From: Chiloscyllium plagiosum
Lineage: Eukaryota
Direction of reading: 5' to 3'
Length of the DNA: 64,000 nt
Assembly (NCBI RefSeq): GCF_004010195.1
Contig: NC_057719.1
Span: 5,752,062-5,816,061 of the forward strand
Each line of letters opens with the position of its first letter. The stretch's first letter is position 1. Below are positions 36,147-50,087 of the stretch, piece by piece. The notes beneath the pieces are model-generated. The model was not told where the DNA came from. It saw only the letters and a program-made list of their open reading frames with translations, and ran no database searches. The translations under genes were made by a program, and so were the position numbers.

Positions 36147-38798
36147 GGAGATCCAAGATGGCGGCGGTCTGAGTGGTCTGCTATGCTGGACTCTGTGCCA
36201 TACCCCCTGGCAAGGGAGACCTTTACTCCCCTCATCAACCACACCAGGAGAAAAAAATTGCTAATATAAAATTACTGAACATTTGGAGCAGTCAGAATGA
36301 TGGTTTAACAGCTTTAAGACCAGGATGAAAGCAAATAAAGGAAAGGGGCCTAAAGAAGTGCAGGAGGCAGGGCACTCCCCTACTGCATCAGGGGTGTCTG
36401 CAACTATTGCTCAAATTCCTGAGGCAGCCCCTTTGGATTTAATGGAGTAGCAGCCTTTACTATTGGAGTTTGCCCAACTACGAGAAAAGACTGAAGAAGC
36501 GGTGGAACTACTATCTGCCATGCTGAAAAAGCATCAGCAGGAAATTCAAATGTTGGACCGAAGAGTGGAGGAGAGGACTGGGACATCGGAGACTGTGGCT
36601 AAGGTCTCCGGAGGAAGGATCTGAACGCTGGAAGACAAGGTTCGGGTCCTTCAGGAGCAAGTGGACAACCTGGAAAATAATAATAGAAGGAAAAACCTAA
36701 GGCTCGTGGGTCTTCTGGAAGGTGAGGAAGGTGAAGACCTCGTCGGCATCCCGGAGAAGTGGCTCCAGAAGTTCCTGGAGCTGGAGCTGGAGTTGGAGTC
36801 GGGCTTGTTGAGTGTGGAGGGGGCCCACCGATCGCAATGCGCAGGTCCGGGTTGGACCCATGCCCCTGTGCGATCCTAGTGCAACTCCTGCATTATAAAC
36901 AAAAACAGTTAGTGATTGAAACTGCAAGACGACTGGGAAGAGATTCATGGGCTTTAATGTACAAAAGCTCAAGAATAATGTTTCTTCAGGACTTCTCAGG
37001 AACCCTAATTAAGAAGAGAAGGGTGTTTGATGAAGTTAAGAGAAAAATTAAGGGATCTGAATATTCAATATTCCTTGAGGTACCCGGCTGTTCTGCGTTT
37101 TGCTCTTGGAGGTTCAGTATGTAATTTTGATTCTGCAGAAAAGGTGAAGGACTTTGTGAATTCTCTGAATTAAAGGACTCTGGTCGTGGTTGGAGGGGTG
37201 AGCGGGGAGGGGACATTGTTATGGACAATGGTATGAGGTTTTAAAAATTTTTTAATTGCCCCTTTTCTCCTTTCTCCCCTTTTTTTGTGGTTATCGGCTT
37301 TATATGTACTGCTTTGCTGTGAAACCGGAATTATTTCATATATCGGTCAGTTTGGTTTATCTGGGGCTTTTTTTTTACTGCTTTCCTTTTGTTTTTGGAT
37401 TGAGGGTGGCTGTTCTTGTGGTTGAAATGTGTGTGTGTGGTGAGGGCGGGGGCACGGGGGTGGTGGGGGGGGAGATGGGCATCCATTACATCTCAGAATG
37501 TAATAACAGGTTTTCTTCATTTGTGAATTGCCTGGGGCTAGGCATGGCCTCAGCTAGAGGGAGTTGGGATGGTAGTAAGGGTTGGGAGGAGTGCCCCCAA
37601 TGGCCGGGGGGGAGCTCTCTAGTGAATTGGGAGTTATTTGGCTGTTTGCTTAAGTTAAATCTAGTGATTAGTTTTTTTTATTTGTTGTAGTTTTTGTAGA
37701 AGTAGTTTTTGGACTTTGTACAGTTTAATGTCTTTGTTGCTCGCTGCACCTCAGATAAACTTCCTCCTCTTGGGAAACCACAGGCTGCCCTGAATGACCA
37801 TGGCCAGTGATTTGTTCAGGTGGTGTACCTGGAATGTGAAAGGGAGCCATTCCCCTATGAAAAGTAAGAAGGTGCTGTCAAGCCTTTGGAAGGAAAGGGT
37901 GGACATCGCCCTGCTGTAGGAGATGCATTTAACTGATAAGGAACATCTGAAACTGCATAATTGAGCAAATCAAGGATGAATACAGACTGTTATTAATTCT
38001 TAAACCTCTAATACATGGAGAAGAGTATGGCGTCCTGAATATATACTGTCCCCTGGCACACCCTCTTAAATTTCTAATTGATTCAGTCCCCAAATTAATG
38101 AGTCTTGGGGTACGTTGCACAATCATTAGAGGGGATTTTAATCCCTAGTAGATCCTGAGGTTGACAGGGTGCCAAGGGGCCCGGCAGGTATGCCCGCGAA
38201 ATCTAAGCAGTTGGTAGACTTGTGTGAGGAGTTGGGATTAGTGGATGTGTGGAGGCACCTCCACCCTAATGGAAGAGACTTTACTTTCTATTCCAACCCA
38301 CACAAGTGCCATATGTGAACTGACATGTTTTTTATGTCATCGGATTGTTTGGACAGAACATTGGCGTGCAAAATTGGGAATATAGCTGTCTCAGACCATG
38401 CACCAGTGTATTTAGATATTGAAATCAAGGGTGGTGGAATGGATACATGACACTGGCGCATGGACCCTTTCCTGTTAAGGGATAGCAAATTCATTGAGTA
38501 CATCACAAGAGAGTTCAGGGCCTTCTGGGATATCAATTTGGGTACGGCCTGTAATCCCAGCAATACTATGGGAGGCCACTAATGCATATTTACGAGGCCT
38601 GATTATTTCGTATTCAACGACTAGAAGGAGGCAGAGGGAGCAGCAACTGTATAATACGCTTCCTCAGCTACAGATAGCTGAGGAAGCATATTATAATAGG
38701 CCCTCTTTGGTCAAGCTGCAGTGGGTCACAGCCCTCTGGGCGATTCTCGGTTCATTGCACACACAGGTGGCAAAATAAAGAGGTCTCCTTCGCTAAAC
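36147..38798 (+). mobile_element. L1-clade LINE 5' part (5'UTR, ORF1, spacer, ORF2 endonuclease), decayed and running into a gap
   Basis: Starts ggagatccaagatggcggc. ORF1 has DNLENNNRRKNLRLVGL.EG.EG and IMFLQDFS. ORF2 begins about 37800 with WCTWNVKG...KKVLS.L.KERVDIALL, then GDFN and SDHAPV. Confidence 0.88.
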
Positions 38799-39298
38799 NN
38801 NNNNNNNNNNNNNNNNNNNNNNNNNNNNNNNNNNNNNNNNNNNNNNNNNNNNNNNNNNNNNNNNNNNNNNNNNNNNNNNNNNNNNNNNNNNNNNNNNNNN
38901 NNNNNNNNNNNNNNNNNNNNNNNNNNNNNNNNNNNNNNNNNNNNNNNNNNNNNNNNNNNNNNNNNNNNNNNNNNNNNNNNNNNNNNNNNNNNNNNNNNNN
39001 NNNNNNNNNNNNNNNNNNNNNNNNNNNNNNNNNNNNNNNNNNNNNNNNNNNNNNNNNNNNNNNNNNNNNNNNNNNNNNNNNNNNNNNNNNNNNNNNNNNN
39101 NNNNNNNNNNNNNNNNNNNNNNNNNNNNNNNNNNNNNNNNNNNNNNNNNNNNNNNNNNNNNNNNNNNNNNNNNNNNNNNNNNNNNNNNNNNNNNNNNNNN
39201 NNNNNNNNNNNNNNNNNNNNNNNNNNNNNNNNNNNNNNNNNNNNNNNNNNNNNNNNNNNNNNNNNNNNNNNNNNNNNNNNNNNNNNNNNNNNNNNNNN
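38799..39298. other. Assembly gap (500 N)
   Basis: N run. Confidence 1.
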
Positions 39299-40034
39299 CC
39301 ACAACCACGTGATGAAGGAGCAGCGTTCGTAAGCTAGTGCTTTCAGATAAACTTGATAGTCTATAACCTGGTATTGTGATTTTAACAATGATATGAACAG
39401 AGTATCTGGTAATTATTACTGATGATAGCTGAGGAATAAATATTGGTCATAAGCATAGCTTTTATTAGTTGATTCTACATACAGTGGTGGAATAATGTGG
39501 GCATTGTGTGATGCATTACAGTGCTGCATGTTTTGCGAGAAGGTTTTGCCTTCAGCCAATGATATTTGCAAATTAGCTATCGTATTTCCCTACATTATGA
39601 CTGAGAGCACTTCAAAAAGTCCTGAATTACTAAGGTACATAAATTCAAGTTTGTTTACTTTGCTTCTAATAGTTGTGAGAAACGGTGCATTATTCGCAGC
39701 AATTTCATTAGTAATTTGAATTAGATTTTATTGTCACGTGTACTCGTGTATAGGAATACATGAGTCTGTAAAAAGTGTACAGAGTCGCCATTCTCTGGCC
39801 CCATCTTGGTTACAAAAGTAGACTATTTAAAAACAAAACAGCGTATAACCATATACAATTAAGATATCCATAGGACGGAACAAGCCCAGTTGTAAACTTC
39901 TTATTGTGTAATAGTGTAAAGATGTTAGTGCTGATCAATGCATTAAGCACTACCCTATATGATGTCATGTGATCTCAGACAGGAGAACAGCTTTGGACCA
40001 TGAAAGAGCTGAACCTGGAACATAGAATTCATTA

Positions 40035-40838
40035 TGGAATTCAATGTGAGCAAATGTGAGGTCTTGCACTTTGGAAAAAAGAATACAAGCATGGACTACT
40101 TTCTAAACGGTGAGAAAATTCGTAAAGCCAAAGTACAGAGGGATCTGGGAGTGCTAGTTGAGGATTCTCTAAAGGTAAACATGCAGGTTGAGTCCGTGAT
40201 TAAGAAAGTGAATGCAATGTTGTCAATTATCTCAAGAGGGTTGGAATATAAAAGCACCGTTTGTGCTACTGAGACTTTATAAAGCTCTGGTTAGGCCCCA
40301 TTTGGAGTACTGTGTTCAGTTTTGGTCCCAACACCACAGGAAGGACATACTGGCACTGGAGCGTGTCCAGCGGAGATTCACACGGATTATCCCTGGAATG
40401 GTAGGTCTAACATATGGCTGAGGATCCTGGGATTGTATTCATTGGAGTTTAGAAGATTAAGGGGAGATCTAATAGAAACTTACAAGATAATACATGGCTT
40501 GGAGAGGGTGGACGCTAGGAAATTGTTTCCGTTAGGCAAGGAGACTAGGACCCGTGGACCCAGCCTTAGAATTAGAGGGGGTAAATTCAGAACAGAAATG
40601 CGGAGACATTTCTTCAGCCAGAGAGTGGTGGGCCTGTGGAATTCATTGGCGCAGAGTGCAGTGGAGGCTGGGACGCTAAATGTCTTCAAGGCAGAAATTG
40701 ATAAATTCTTGATGTCACAAGGAATTAAGGGCTATGGGGAGAATGCGGGTAAGTGGAGTTGAAATGCCCATCAGCCATGATTGAATGGCGGAGTGGACTC
40801 GATAGGCCGAATGGCCTGACTTCCGCTCCTATGTCTTA
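40035..40838 (+). mobile_element. CR1 3' fragment, relatively young
   Basis: MEFNVSKCEVLHFG, LVRPHLEYCVQFWS and FFSQRVVGLWNSL, plus a 3' tail. Confidence 0.92.
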
Positions 40839-41296
40839 GCAGGATAACTTGTAATTATTTGCAGTAAACATCTTATTTAAGACAAAAGCATCTTCCCCCA
40901 TTAAACTAAGTGGCTTTCTTCTACAGTACTAGACCAGTCAGGCTCTTTTAAATGAGGGTGATGATTGCAAATTTACCTGATCTCACTTTCACCAAGGTGA
41001 CTTTGGTGAAGGTCCATCATGCAACAACTACTTTTATTGAATAACATTTGTAGATCATTTGGCATTTTGCAACAAGCCAGCAGCCATCATGGTCATTTGT
41101 TACTTGATGATAAATTACCAAGTTTAATAAATCCAGTTCCACAGTTTGAGAGAAACTATAAGTTTTAGTTCTGTGTTGCAGATTCAGCTGCATAACCATA
41201 GCAATATTACCCACAGATTTATTATCCTGCTGAGCTGAAGAGAATGCGTATTGCAGTGAGGCTGCAGGAAGTGTCCAGTTGTAACAAATCGCACTT

Positions 41297-41880
41297 CATA
41301 AGACAGGAGCGGAAGCAGACTATTCAGCCCATCAAGTATGCTCCACCATTCAATGGTGGCTGATCTGATAATCTGAACTCCATAGTTCTCTCCTTTTCCC
41401 AAAACTCTTGATTCCTTTAGTGATTAAAAACCTAACTCAGCTTCGGATATATTTAGCGACCCAGCCTCAACAGCCCTCTGCAGTAAACAGTTCCACAGAT
41501 TCACTATTCGAGAGAAGAAATTCTACCTTATTTATCTTTGTCTTATTCTGAGGTTTTGCCCTTTGATCTTTTATTCCCCCTTTACTGAACCTTCTGCATC
41601 TACCCTGTTAAGTCCCCTAAGAATCTTGTATGTTTTAATAAGATCTGGCCTATTCCACTAAATTGCAATGAATATATCTACTCAACCTACCCAATCTATC
41701 ATCTTAAGACAGTCCCTCCATACTTGGTATCAGCTTAGTGAACCTTCTCTGGACTGCCTCCAGTGCTGTTGTATCTTTCCTTAGAAAAGGGCCTCAGAAC
41801 TGTTCACAGTATTCCAGCTGTGGTCTGACTAATGCCTAGTATAGTTTCAGCAAGTTTTATAGTCTTAACAAGATTTCCCT
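41297..41880 (-). mobile_element. CR1 3' fragment
   Basis: Reverse-strand CR1 tail and C-terminal remnants. Confidence 0.75.
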
Positions 41881-42776
41881 ATTTTAATACTGAGCCTGCT
41901 ATGTGTGTGTTTGTATATACATATACCAAACACATTTATTTATAGCAGTTTATATTAGTTCTTTACTTCAATCTAAGAATGTGAATATATCTCACAATTA
42001 CAGACTTCTTTTGTATTGCATACGTTCTTTTAACATAGCATTTCAAGTAGAATGTGCAAATTAAACGATATTTGCATTAATATAATGAGCAACACTTAGT
42101 TGTAGTTTCTTTGTGTCAGTAAAGACTATAGTTTCATCGCTGGAGCTGCATGTAAGTAAGGACAGCATTGTCATATCCAAGATCATCAGTAATTGTAATT
42201 CCATTTAAGATTTTCTTTTGAAATAGCAGAAGAGATAAAAAACAATCAAATTAACTCAAGCAAGAAAAGAAAAGTTTTTTGTTAATCTGTTCAGCAAATT
42301 ACAAACATAAACATGCTGCTAACCGACCAAAGGTAATTTGTTTAATTATTTAACTATTTCTCCAATGTAAAGGTCAAACATCTATTCTGAAATCTGTTCT
42401 CCCTGCTCCTGTCTACTACTTAAGATAAATTAATGTGAACCAGCTGCTTCTGTGTTCCTCACCCAGTCATTGTAAACATTGACAATGAATGTGAACATTC
42501 CATTTCACTGGACCCATGTCTGTCCTCACACATATGAATCTTTTAGCCAGTTCGTGAGACACTGAAATCTCTCAGGATAATGAGGCAACCAGATTGCTAG
42601 TCACATTGACAGCTTACAGGTAAATTGGAAAGCAAAATATCTCAGTCACACTTCTACATTTGAAGGAAGAGCATTGCAAATATCAGTAAACACATATCCA
42701 AACTGCTGAATAACAATATCAGCTATCAAAACACAAAGAGAATAGCTTTTCATACTGAATTACCTGAAATGTCCTG

Positions 42777-42888
42777 GCGAAAGTTCAATGCCTCATTCCT
42801 GATGAAAGCTTTTTCCTGAAATGTCGATTTTCCTGCTCCTCGGATTCTGCCTGACCTGCTGTGCTTTTCCAGCACCACTCTGATCTCG
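42777..42888 (+). mobile_element. Family A terminus with decayed hammerhead
   Basis: CTGATGA...GAAATGTC core. TSD acctgaaat(g/a)tcctg at 42762-42776 and 42889-42903. Confidence 0.8.
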
Positions 42889-43419
42889 ACCTGAAATATC
42901 CTGCCTAGTGCAAAAGTACAATTAATTGTGTTTGTTGAAGGCTATTCATTTCTTGGTGCAGGAGTTCCTCAGTGTCGTATCCTGAGGTCAGTAATCTTTA
43001 GCTCCTTCACCTAATGTTATAAGTGGGACTGTTCACCGATTGCATTATTCAGCTTCATTTTCAACTCCTCAGATAAAGAAGCAGTCTGCATGTGGCAAGA
43101 TTGGGACAAAATTAAGTCATTTGCTGAGAAATGGGAAGCATATTATTGTCAAGTATCAGCCATGCTGTTTTCCAACAGGAAGAAATCTAATTTCTTCTTG
43201 ACATTCAGCAGCATTACCATTCCTCTACCGCCAGTATCTTGGGTATTGCCATTGACTAGAAACTGAATTAAAACAACTAGATAAATACAAGAACAAGGTT
43301 GGGGCAGTGAATTCTGCAGTGAATAACTCTCTTCCTGACTCCCAAAGCCAGTTCGCCAACTCCAGGGCACAAGTCAGACATGTGCAAGAAGACTATAAAC
43401 TGAAAATGAGAAAAGTGGA

Positions 43420-44456
43420 CTTTGCTTTAACAAGGGGAGAATATGGATGTAAAGTTTGCTTACTGAGCTGGTTGAGTATCAAATACTCAACTACAGGGGC
43501 AATCATTGCCACACCCACAAACGTAACTGCATCAGGACATTATTTAAATCAGCTACAACACACTGCCGCACCCAGGAACTATGAGGCAGCAGAAGAAAAA
43601 TACCTATACAGCGTATTCAAGAAGAACAGGTACCCGATAAACACGGTCCACTGATTCTTAAACAACAAGCCCAAACGAGAGACACAACTTGCCACACTAC
43701 CATCCATCAAAGGCATCTCTGAGATGTCTACCAGACTACTCTGACCTCTTGGCATCGTGGTAGCCCATAAACCTACTAACACACTGAAACAGCTACTGAT
43801 GAACCTAAAGGATCCTGCACCAACAACTAGCAAATCAAATGTCATATGCAAAATACCCTGCAAGGACTGCAATAAACAAAATGTTGGACAGCCAGCCAGA
43901 AAACTAGCCACCAGGATACACAAGCACCAACTAGCCACCAAAAGACATGACAAGCTATCACTAGTATCCTTACACACAAACAAAGAAGGAAACCTCTTCG
44001 ACTAGGACAGGCTAAACAGAGACATGCACGGGAATTCCCAGAGACCTGGCATTCAAGCCGGAACGTGTAGAAAGTGAGTACTGCAAATGCTGGAGAACAG
44101 AGTCAAGAGTGTGGTGCTGGAAGAGCACAGCAGGTCTGGCAGCATCCAAGGAGCTGGAGAATCCACATTTCAGGCATAAGCCCTTCATCAGGAATGACTG
44201 ATTTGCTGTGCTTTTCCAGCACTATACTCTCGATTCAAGCCAGGACTCCATCAATAAACACATCGATTTGGACCCCATTTACCAAACTTCGAGAAAAAAA
44301 ACTGGAAATGATATCATGCACCTTAACAGACCAAGACACACAAATGGAAAGCTGGATAGAACACCAGTGCTTCAACGGAGGTTAACTGATGATGTTACCT
44401 AGCATGGTGGTGAAACATCTGAGAACAAATCTACCAGCTCAGTGAGCTACAAATCT
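43420..44456 (+). mobile_element. Poseidon-type PLE 3' part (RT thumb to GIY-YIG to terminus), with a nested family A insert at about 44069-44232
   Basis: VFKKNRYPINTV and VAHKPTNTLKQLL..LKDP...KSNVICKIPCKDC.KQ.VGQ..RKLATRI..H. Hammerhead-like CTGATGA-T-GTTACC...GAAAC-ATC-TGAG near 44386-44423. Confidence 0.88.
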
Positions 44457-45242
44457 CAAAAATTGTAGATAAGGAGTTGTCTGATAAGTAGACTTTCATT
44501 ACCATTACTAAAGGAACCTTGTGTGGTTTTTGTTTATCCTGAATAGCAATCAGCTAGAGGCCAATGGGGTCTTTGCTAATTTTGTTAACTTTTATCATTT
44601 ATGGTGACTGTGGAAATAATGAGGCTTGATTTCCAGTGCACTACCCCAGTGAGTTGTGGCAAGTGTATTGGAATACTTTCTACTTGTCTGGATGACTGCA
44701 GCTCCAATAACACTTGAAGCTCATCACCATCCAGGATAAAGCATCAAGCTTGAATGAAACTTCATGCACTATTTTAAACATTCAATCCAATCACCACTGA
44801 TTCATCAGGTGTGTGCACCATCCAAGAAATATAGTGCAGCAACTCACCGAGGCTCCTTTGATAATACCTTCCAAACCCTGTCACTTAACAGGACAGGTTA
44901 ATGGGAACATCAATCACTATAGTTTTCCATCCAAGCTGCACACTTTGCTTGAAAATAGATTGCTGTTCCTTCACTGCCTAGGACAACAATCTGAAACTTT
45001 CTCTCTGACAACTATAAGTGTATCTGCTGCATGAGGAAAGGTGCCTATCATTGACTTCTACATCAAACCACTGGAATTTGTAATAATCAAACATTTCAGC
45101 ATATCCAGAAATTAGAACTTCTTAGACTTTCTAAAGTCCTCTCACTGAACTCCAGGAATACAAATTTAAAAAACTTTGTGCACCACACAATAGAACAATC
45201 CTCCCAGAATCCAATATGGTTAATGTCTTTTTATTTTAAAAG

Positions 45243-46961
45243 GGTCGTGTGAGGGAGCCGTGGTTTAATAAGGAATTGGAATCCCTTGTTAAATGGAAGA
45301 GGGCGGCCTATGTAAAGATGAGGCGTGAAGGTTCAATTGGGGCGATTGAGAGTTATAAGGTAGCCAGGAAGGACCTGAAGAGAGAGCTAAGAGCAGCAAG
45401 GAGGGGACATGAAAGGTCCTTAGTTGGTAGGATTAGGGAAAACCCTAAGGCTTTCTATAGGTATGTCAGGAATAAAAGAATGACTAGGGTAGGAATAGGT
45501 CCAGTCAAGGATAGTAGTGGGAAGTTGCGTGTAGAGGCTGAAGAGATTGGGGAGACACTGAATGAATACCTTCCGTCAGTAATCACTCAGGAACAGGACA
45601 TTGTTGCCGATGTAAGCTATAGGGAGAGGCTGAACAGGCTGGGACTGTTTTCCCTGGAGCGTCGGAGGCTGAGGGGTGACCTTATAGAGGTTTACAAAAT
45701 CATGAAGGGCATGGATAGGGTAAATAGGCAAAGTCTTTTCCCTGGGGTCAGGGAGTCCAGAATGAAAGGGCATGGGTTTAGGGTGAGAGGGGAAAGATAT
45801 AAAAGAGACCTAAGGGGCAACTTTTTCACACAGAGGGTGGTACATGTATGNNNNNNNNNNNNNNNNNNNNNNNNNNNNNNNNNNNNNNNNNNNNNNNNNN
45901 NNNNNNNNNNNNNNNNNNNNNNNNNNNNNNNNNNNNNNNNNNNNNNNNNNNNNNNNNNNNNNNNNNNNNNNNNNNNNNNNNNNNNNNNNNNNNNNNNNNN
46001 NNNNNNNNNNNNNNNNNNNNNNNNNNNNNNNNNNNNNNNNNNNNNNNNNNNNNNNNNNNNNNNNNNNNNNNNNNNNNNNNNNNNNNNNNNNNNNNNNNNN
46101 NNNNNNNNNNNNNNNNNNNNNNNNNNNNNNNNNNNNNNNNNNNNNNNNNNNNNNNNNNNNNNNNNNNNNNNNNNNNNNNNNNNNNNNNNNNNNNNNNNNN
46201 NNNNNNNNNNNNNNNNNNNNNNNNNNNNNNNNNNNNNNNNNNNNNNNNNNNNNNNNNNNNNNNNNNNNNNNNNNNNNNNNNNNNNNNNNNNNNNNNNNNN
46301 NNNNNNNNNNNNNNNNNNNNNNNNNNNNNNNNNNNNNNNNNNNNNNNNNNNNNNNNNNNNNNNNNNNNNNNNNNNNNNNNNNNNNNNNNNNNNNNNNNNN
46401 NNNNNNNNNNNNNNNNNNNNNNNNNNNNNNNNNNNNNNNNNNNNNNNNNNNNNNNNNNNNNNNNNNNNNNNNNNNNNNNNNNNNNNNNNNNNNNNNNNNN
46501 NNNNNNNNNNNNNNNNNNNNNNNNNNNNNNNNNNNNNNNNNAAGATCGTATGAGGAGAGGCTGAGGCACTTGGGGTTGTTTTCATTGGAGAAAAGAAGGT
46601 GTAGGGGTTACTTGATAGAGGTGTACAAGATGATTAGGGGTTTAGATAGGGTCGACAGTGAGAATCTTTTGCTACGTATGGAGTCAGCTATTACAAGGGG
46701 GCATAGCTTTATAAATTAAGGGGGGGTAGGTATAGGACAGATGTTAGGGGTAGGTTCTTTACTCAGCGAGTCGTGAGTTCATGGAATGCCCTGCCAGTAG
46801 CAGTGGTGGACTCTCCCTCATTATGGGCATTTAAGCGGGCATTGGATAGGCATATGGAGGATAGTGGGCTAGTGTAGGTTAGGTGGGCTTGGATCGGCGC
46901 AACATCGAGGGCCGAAGGGCCTGTACTGCGCTGTATTCTTCTATGTTCTATGTTCTATGTT
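45243..46961 (+). mobile_element. CR1 fragments spanning an assembly gap
   Basis: PWFN...ENPKAFYRYV linker, RLGLFSLERRRLRGDLIEVYKI on both sides of the gap, and a (TATGTTC)n tail at about 46940-46961. Confidence 0.88.
45851..46541. other. Assembly gap (691 N)
   Basis: N run. Confidence 1.
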
Positions 46962-47307
46962 TCAGTTGTTGATGACACAGGATTTAATATATTCAAAAAG
47001 GATTTGATTTTTTTTAGATATTAAAGGCATCAAAGGGTTTGGGAAGAAATTGGAACTAAGGTATTGAGATAGAGTATCAGCCATGATCATACTGAATTGC
47101 AGAGCAAGCTGAAAGGGCTGAATGGCCTATTGCTTTTAGTTTTCTAGCCTTTGTGACATAGCAGTACAAAATCAAAATACATCTTGCTGGAATTCTGAAA
47201 TGAAAGCAGAAATTGGTTTCAAGTAACCAAGTTTATGAAACTGTGAACAATTAAAATCTTCATCTAATCAATATGTGCAGGAATAGCTCACTCCAGTGTT
47301 GAGAAAT

Positions 47308-47619
47308 AGATTTAGATTTAGATTAGATTACAGTGTGGAAACAGGCCCTTCGGCCCAACAAGTCCACACCGACCCGCCGAAGCGCAACCCACCCCTACAT
47401 TTACCCCTTACCTAACACTACGGGCAATTTAGCATGGCCAATTCACCTAACCTGCACATCTTTGGACTGTGGGAGGAAACCGGAACACCTGGAGGAAACC
47501 CACGCAGACACGGGGAGAACGTGCAAACTCCACACAGTCAGTCGCCTGAGGCGGGAATTGAACCCGGGTCTCTGGCGCTGTGAGGCAGCAGTGCTAACCA
47601 CTGTGCCACCGTGCCGCCC
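47308..47619 (-). mobile_element. V-domain tRNA SINE, young full-length copy
   Basis: Near-identical to 11553-11879. Confidence 0.92.
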
Positions 47620-48747
47620 AATAGGTTCTTATGTTTTGGTGGAAACAAACACTATTAACATTTTGTTGGAACTAAGCATCACCATAGACTGTTTAGTTCA
47701 TACTGACCAAATATTCCTTTACTAAGTGTCAGTTTCTTTGGAACAATGATCTAATACTGTCCATCAATGATTACTTACAAACTTTCTTCTTTATAGGTTA
47801 GTGTTATTAGTGTACATATACATTAACGCATGTGTGCTGCTCCTCTGCTTTGGTGTTCTTCAATTATTAAAACTCAGTCGTAAACCTAAAATTTTATCAT
47901 TTACATTAATCTGTCTGTGGAGAATTGTACATTCTGATTCAAAATAATAAAAATCAGAGATGCCTGGATCATGGCTGACAAATATTGGAAAGCTTTTCTT
48001 GCTGAATCAAGCCTCAAATCTAACGTTGTTATTAAAAATGCTTGATTTATTTTTGTATGATATAACCCAGCTGCAGAGACAATTGAAGCACATGCCTCGG
48101 ATACTGATTGAATGAGTGATAAAAGGTAGATGACAAGCAAAATAGATTGAATCTTGGAGCAATGTAGTTCAGTGTGAATGAATATATTCAATTTCTGCAG
48201 CCACCCCTAATCTGAGTTCCTGATCTAAGTGACAGGAATTAAAAATGCATGAGACAGAGGCAGCAGTTCTTTTCAGTCTGGGCAGCTGTGCCCAGATGGT
48301 GCCATAATCCTCCATTGTTTGACCAACAGATCATCGAAAAGCCTTAGAGCAGACGGTTAATGTTAGTGGCACAGGTGAAATGAGATTGTTTACATTGGAG
48401 AGGACAACTTGTAAACACTATATGACTGATGAATCGAAGGATGGTATACCCATAATTCACCAAACATCCAACATTACAGCTGTTTCCATTCCCAAACTTT
48501 GGCAACAGATGTTAGCTTCAAACCATCACACTGCATTGAAAACTCAAGACAATTAATTATTCTGTGTCTACAGTATTTCATGTCACACTCAAGGTTGAAA
48601 AAGATATTCATGTTCAAACAGTGCAAAATAAAATTCAAATATAACTACTTTGTATCTTTTGAAATTCACAGACCTGCAAAATAAGTTAGTGCATTGAACA
48701 CTTAAATTCCATTTTCTTCAGTAATAGAATTGACTTATCAGGATGTG

Positions 48748-49250
48748 AGGAGAACGTGAGGACTGCAGATGCTGGGGATCAGAGTTGAAAAGTATGACAC
48801 TGGAAAAGCACAGCAGGTCAGGCAGCATCCAAGGAACAGGAGAGTCAGCATCATGATTCTTGGTGAAGGACTAATGCTCAGTGGTTAGCACTGCTGCCTC
48901 GCAGCACCAGGGATCCGCGTTTGATTCCAGCCTCGGGTGACTGTTTATGTGGAGTTTGCACACTCTCCCCGTGTCTGCGTGGGTTCTCTCTGGTGCTCCA
49001 GTTTCGTTCCATAGTCTGGAGATGTGCAGGTTAGGTGAATTGGCTATGCTAAATTTCCCCTAGTATTCAGGGATGTGTAGCTTAGGTGCATTAGTCAGGG
49101 GTAAATGTAGAGTAATAGGTAGAATTGGTCTGGATGTGTACTAGTTGGAGGGTTGATGTGGGCTTGTTGGGCCAAATGGACTGTTTCCACACTAGAGATT
49201 CTGTGAATCCTTGGCTGCTGCCTGACCTGTTGCGCTTTTCTAGCCCAAAC
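48748..49250. mobile_element. Family A fold-back interrupted by a + strand V-SINE (about 48879-49205)
   Basis: Left arm 48748-48850 and right arm remnant gctgcctgacctgttgcgcttttctagc at about 49216-49244. Confidence 0.8.
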
Positions 49251-50087
49251 TTGTAAGGAGATAAGGTTAACTTGAATCATAGTAATTGTAATAAACGTTG
49301 AACTGAATAATAATATAGTTCACTGGAGGATTGAATAAAAACGCCAGCCAGATTTTCAGGCACACTTTCAGCAGTAGAGGTAATGAAAGCACTAATTAAC
49401 AAGTTGGTATCTGTTTCTATCTCCCATATTCACTGCCTTATCCAATTGCCAGTAATCTCAGAACTCATCTTCAGTGATCCACAAGCTGCCCAGTTAGCTA
49501 CTGAAAATCCTTCTTACTGAAAATAAGTCTTTCCCTATTGCAAGGTGCCTAGCATATCTTGGAACTATCTGTTCCATAAATGTTACCTATAATAGATTGT
49601 TGGCTTGCTCAGGACAAAATTGGATACAAATAGACAATTCTATCACAAACAGAAATTGGCTATCTCTGGTCATGGAGGCTGGCTGAGCAGAGTGTTCCAG
49701 TATTTTCTATTATAAATTCAGATTTCTTGCATCTGGAACATTTTGCTTTAGTTTTAAATTTACTTTTGAAGTGTAGCTAGTGCTATAAATGAGGGAAACA
49801 TAGTAGCCACTTTGCATACAAGAAGTGGCTAGTTTAAGTGTTTTTAGAATTGTTTGAGAGACAAAGATTTAGGTGATTCAAGAGGGAGGGGGCAGGTAAT
49901 TAATGACTTAGGTTTAAACTTGTGCATTAAAACAATGTTAAGACTGAAAGCTGAGGAATTCCACCAAAATGAAAGAATGAGCTAAATATTGGACAGCACG
50001 ATGAGCCTTGATTTCAAAACTGTCATTGCACTGAGATTTAACGAGATATTAACTAGCAATACTGGCAGTCATGGTTCATAACCGGTG

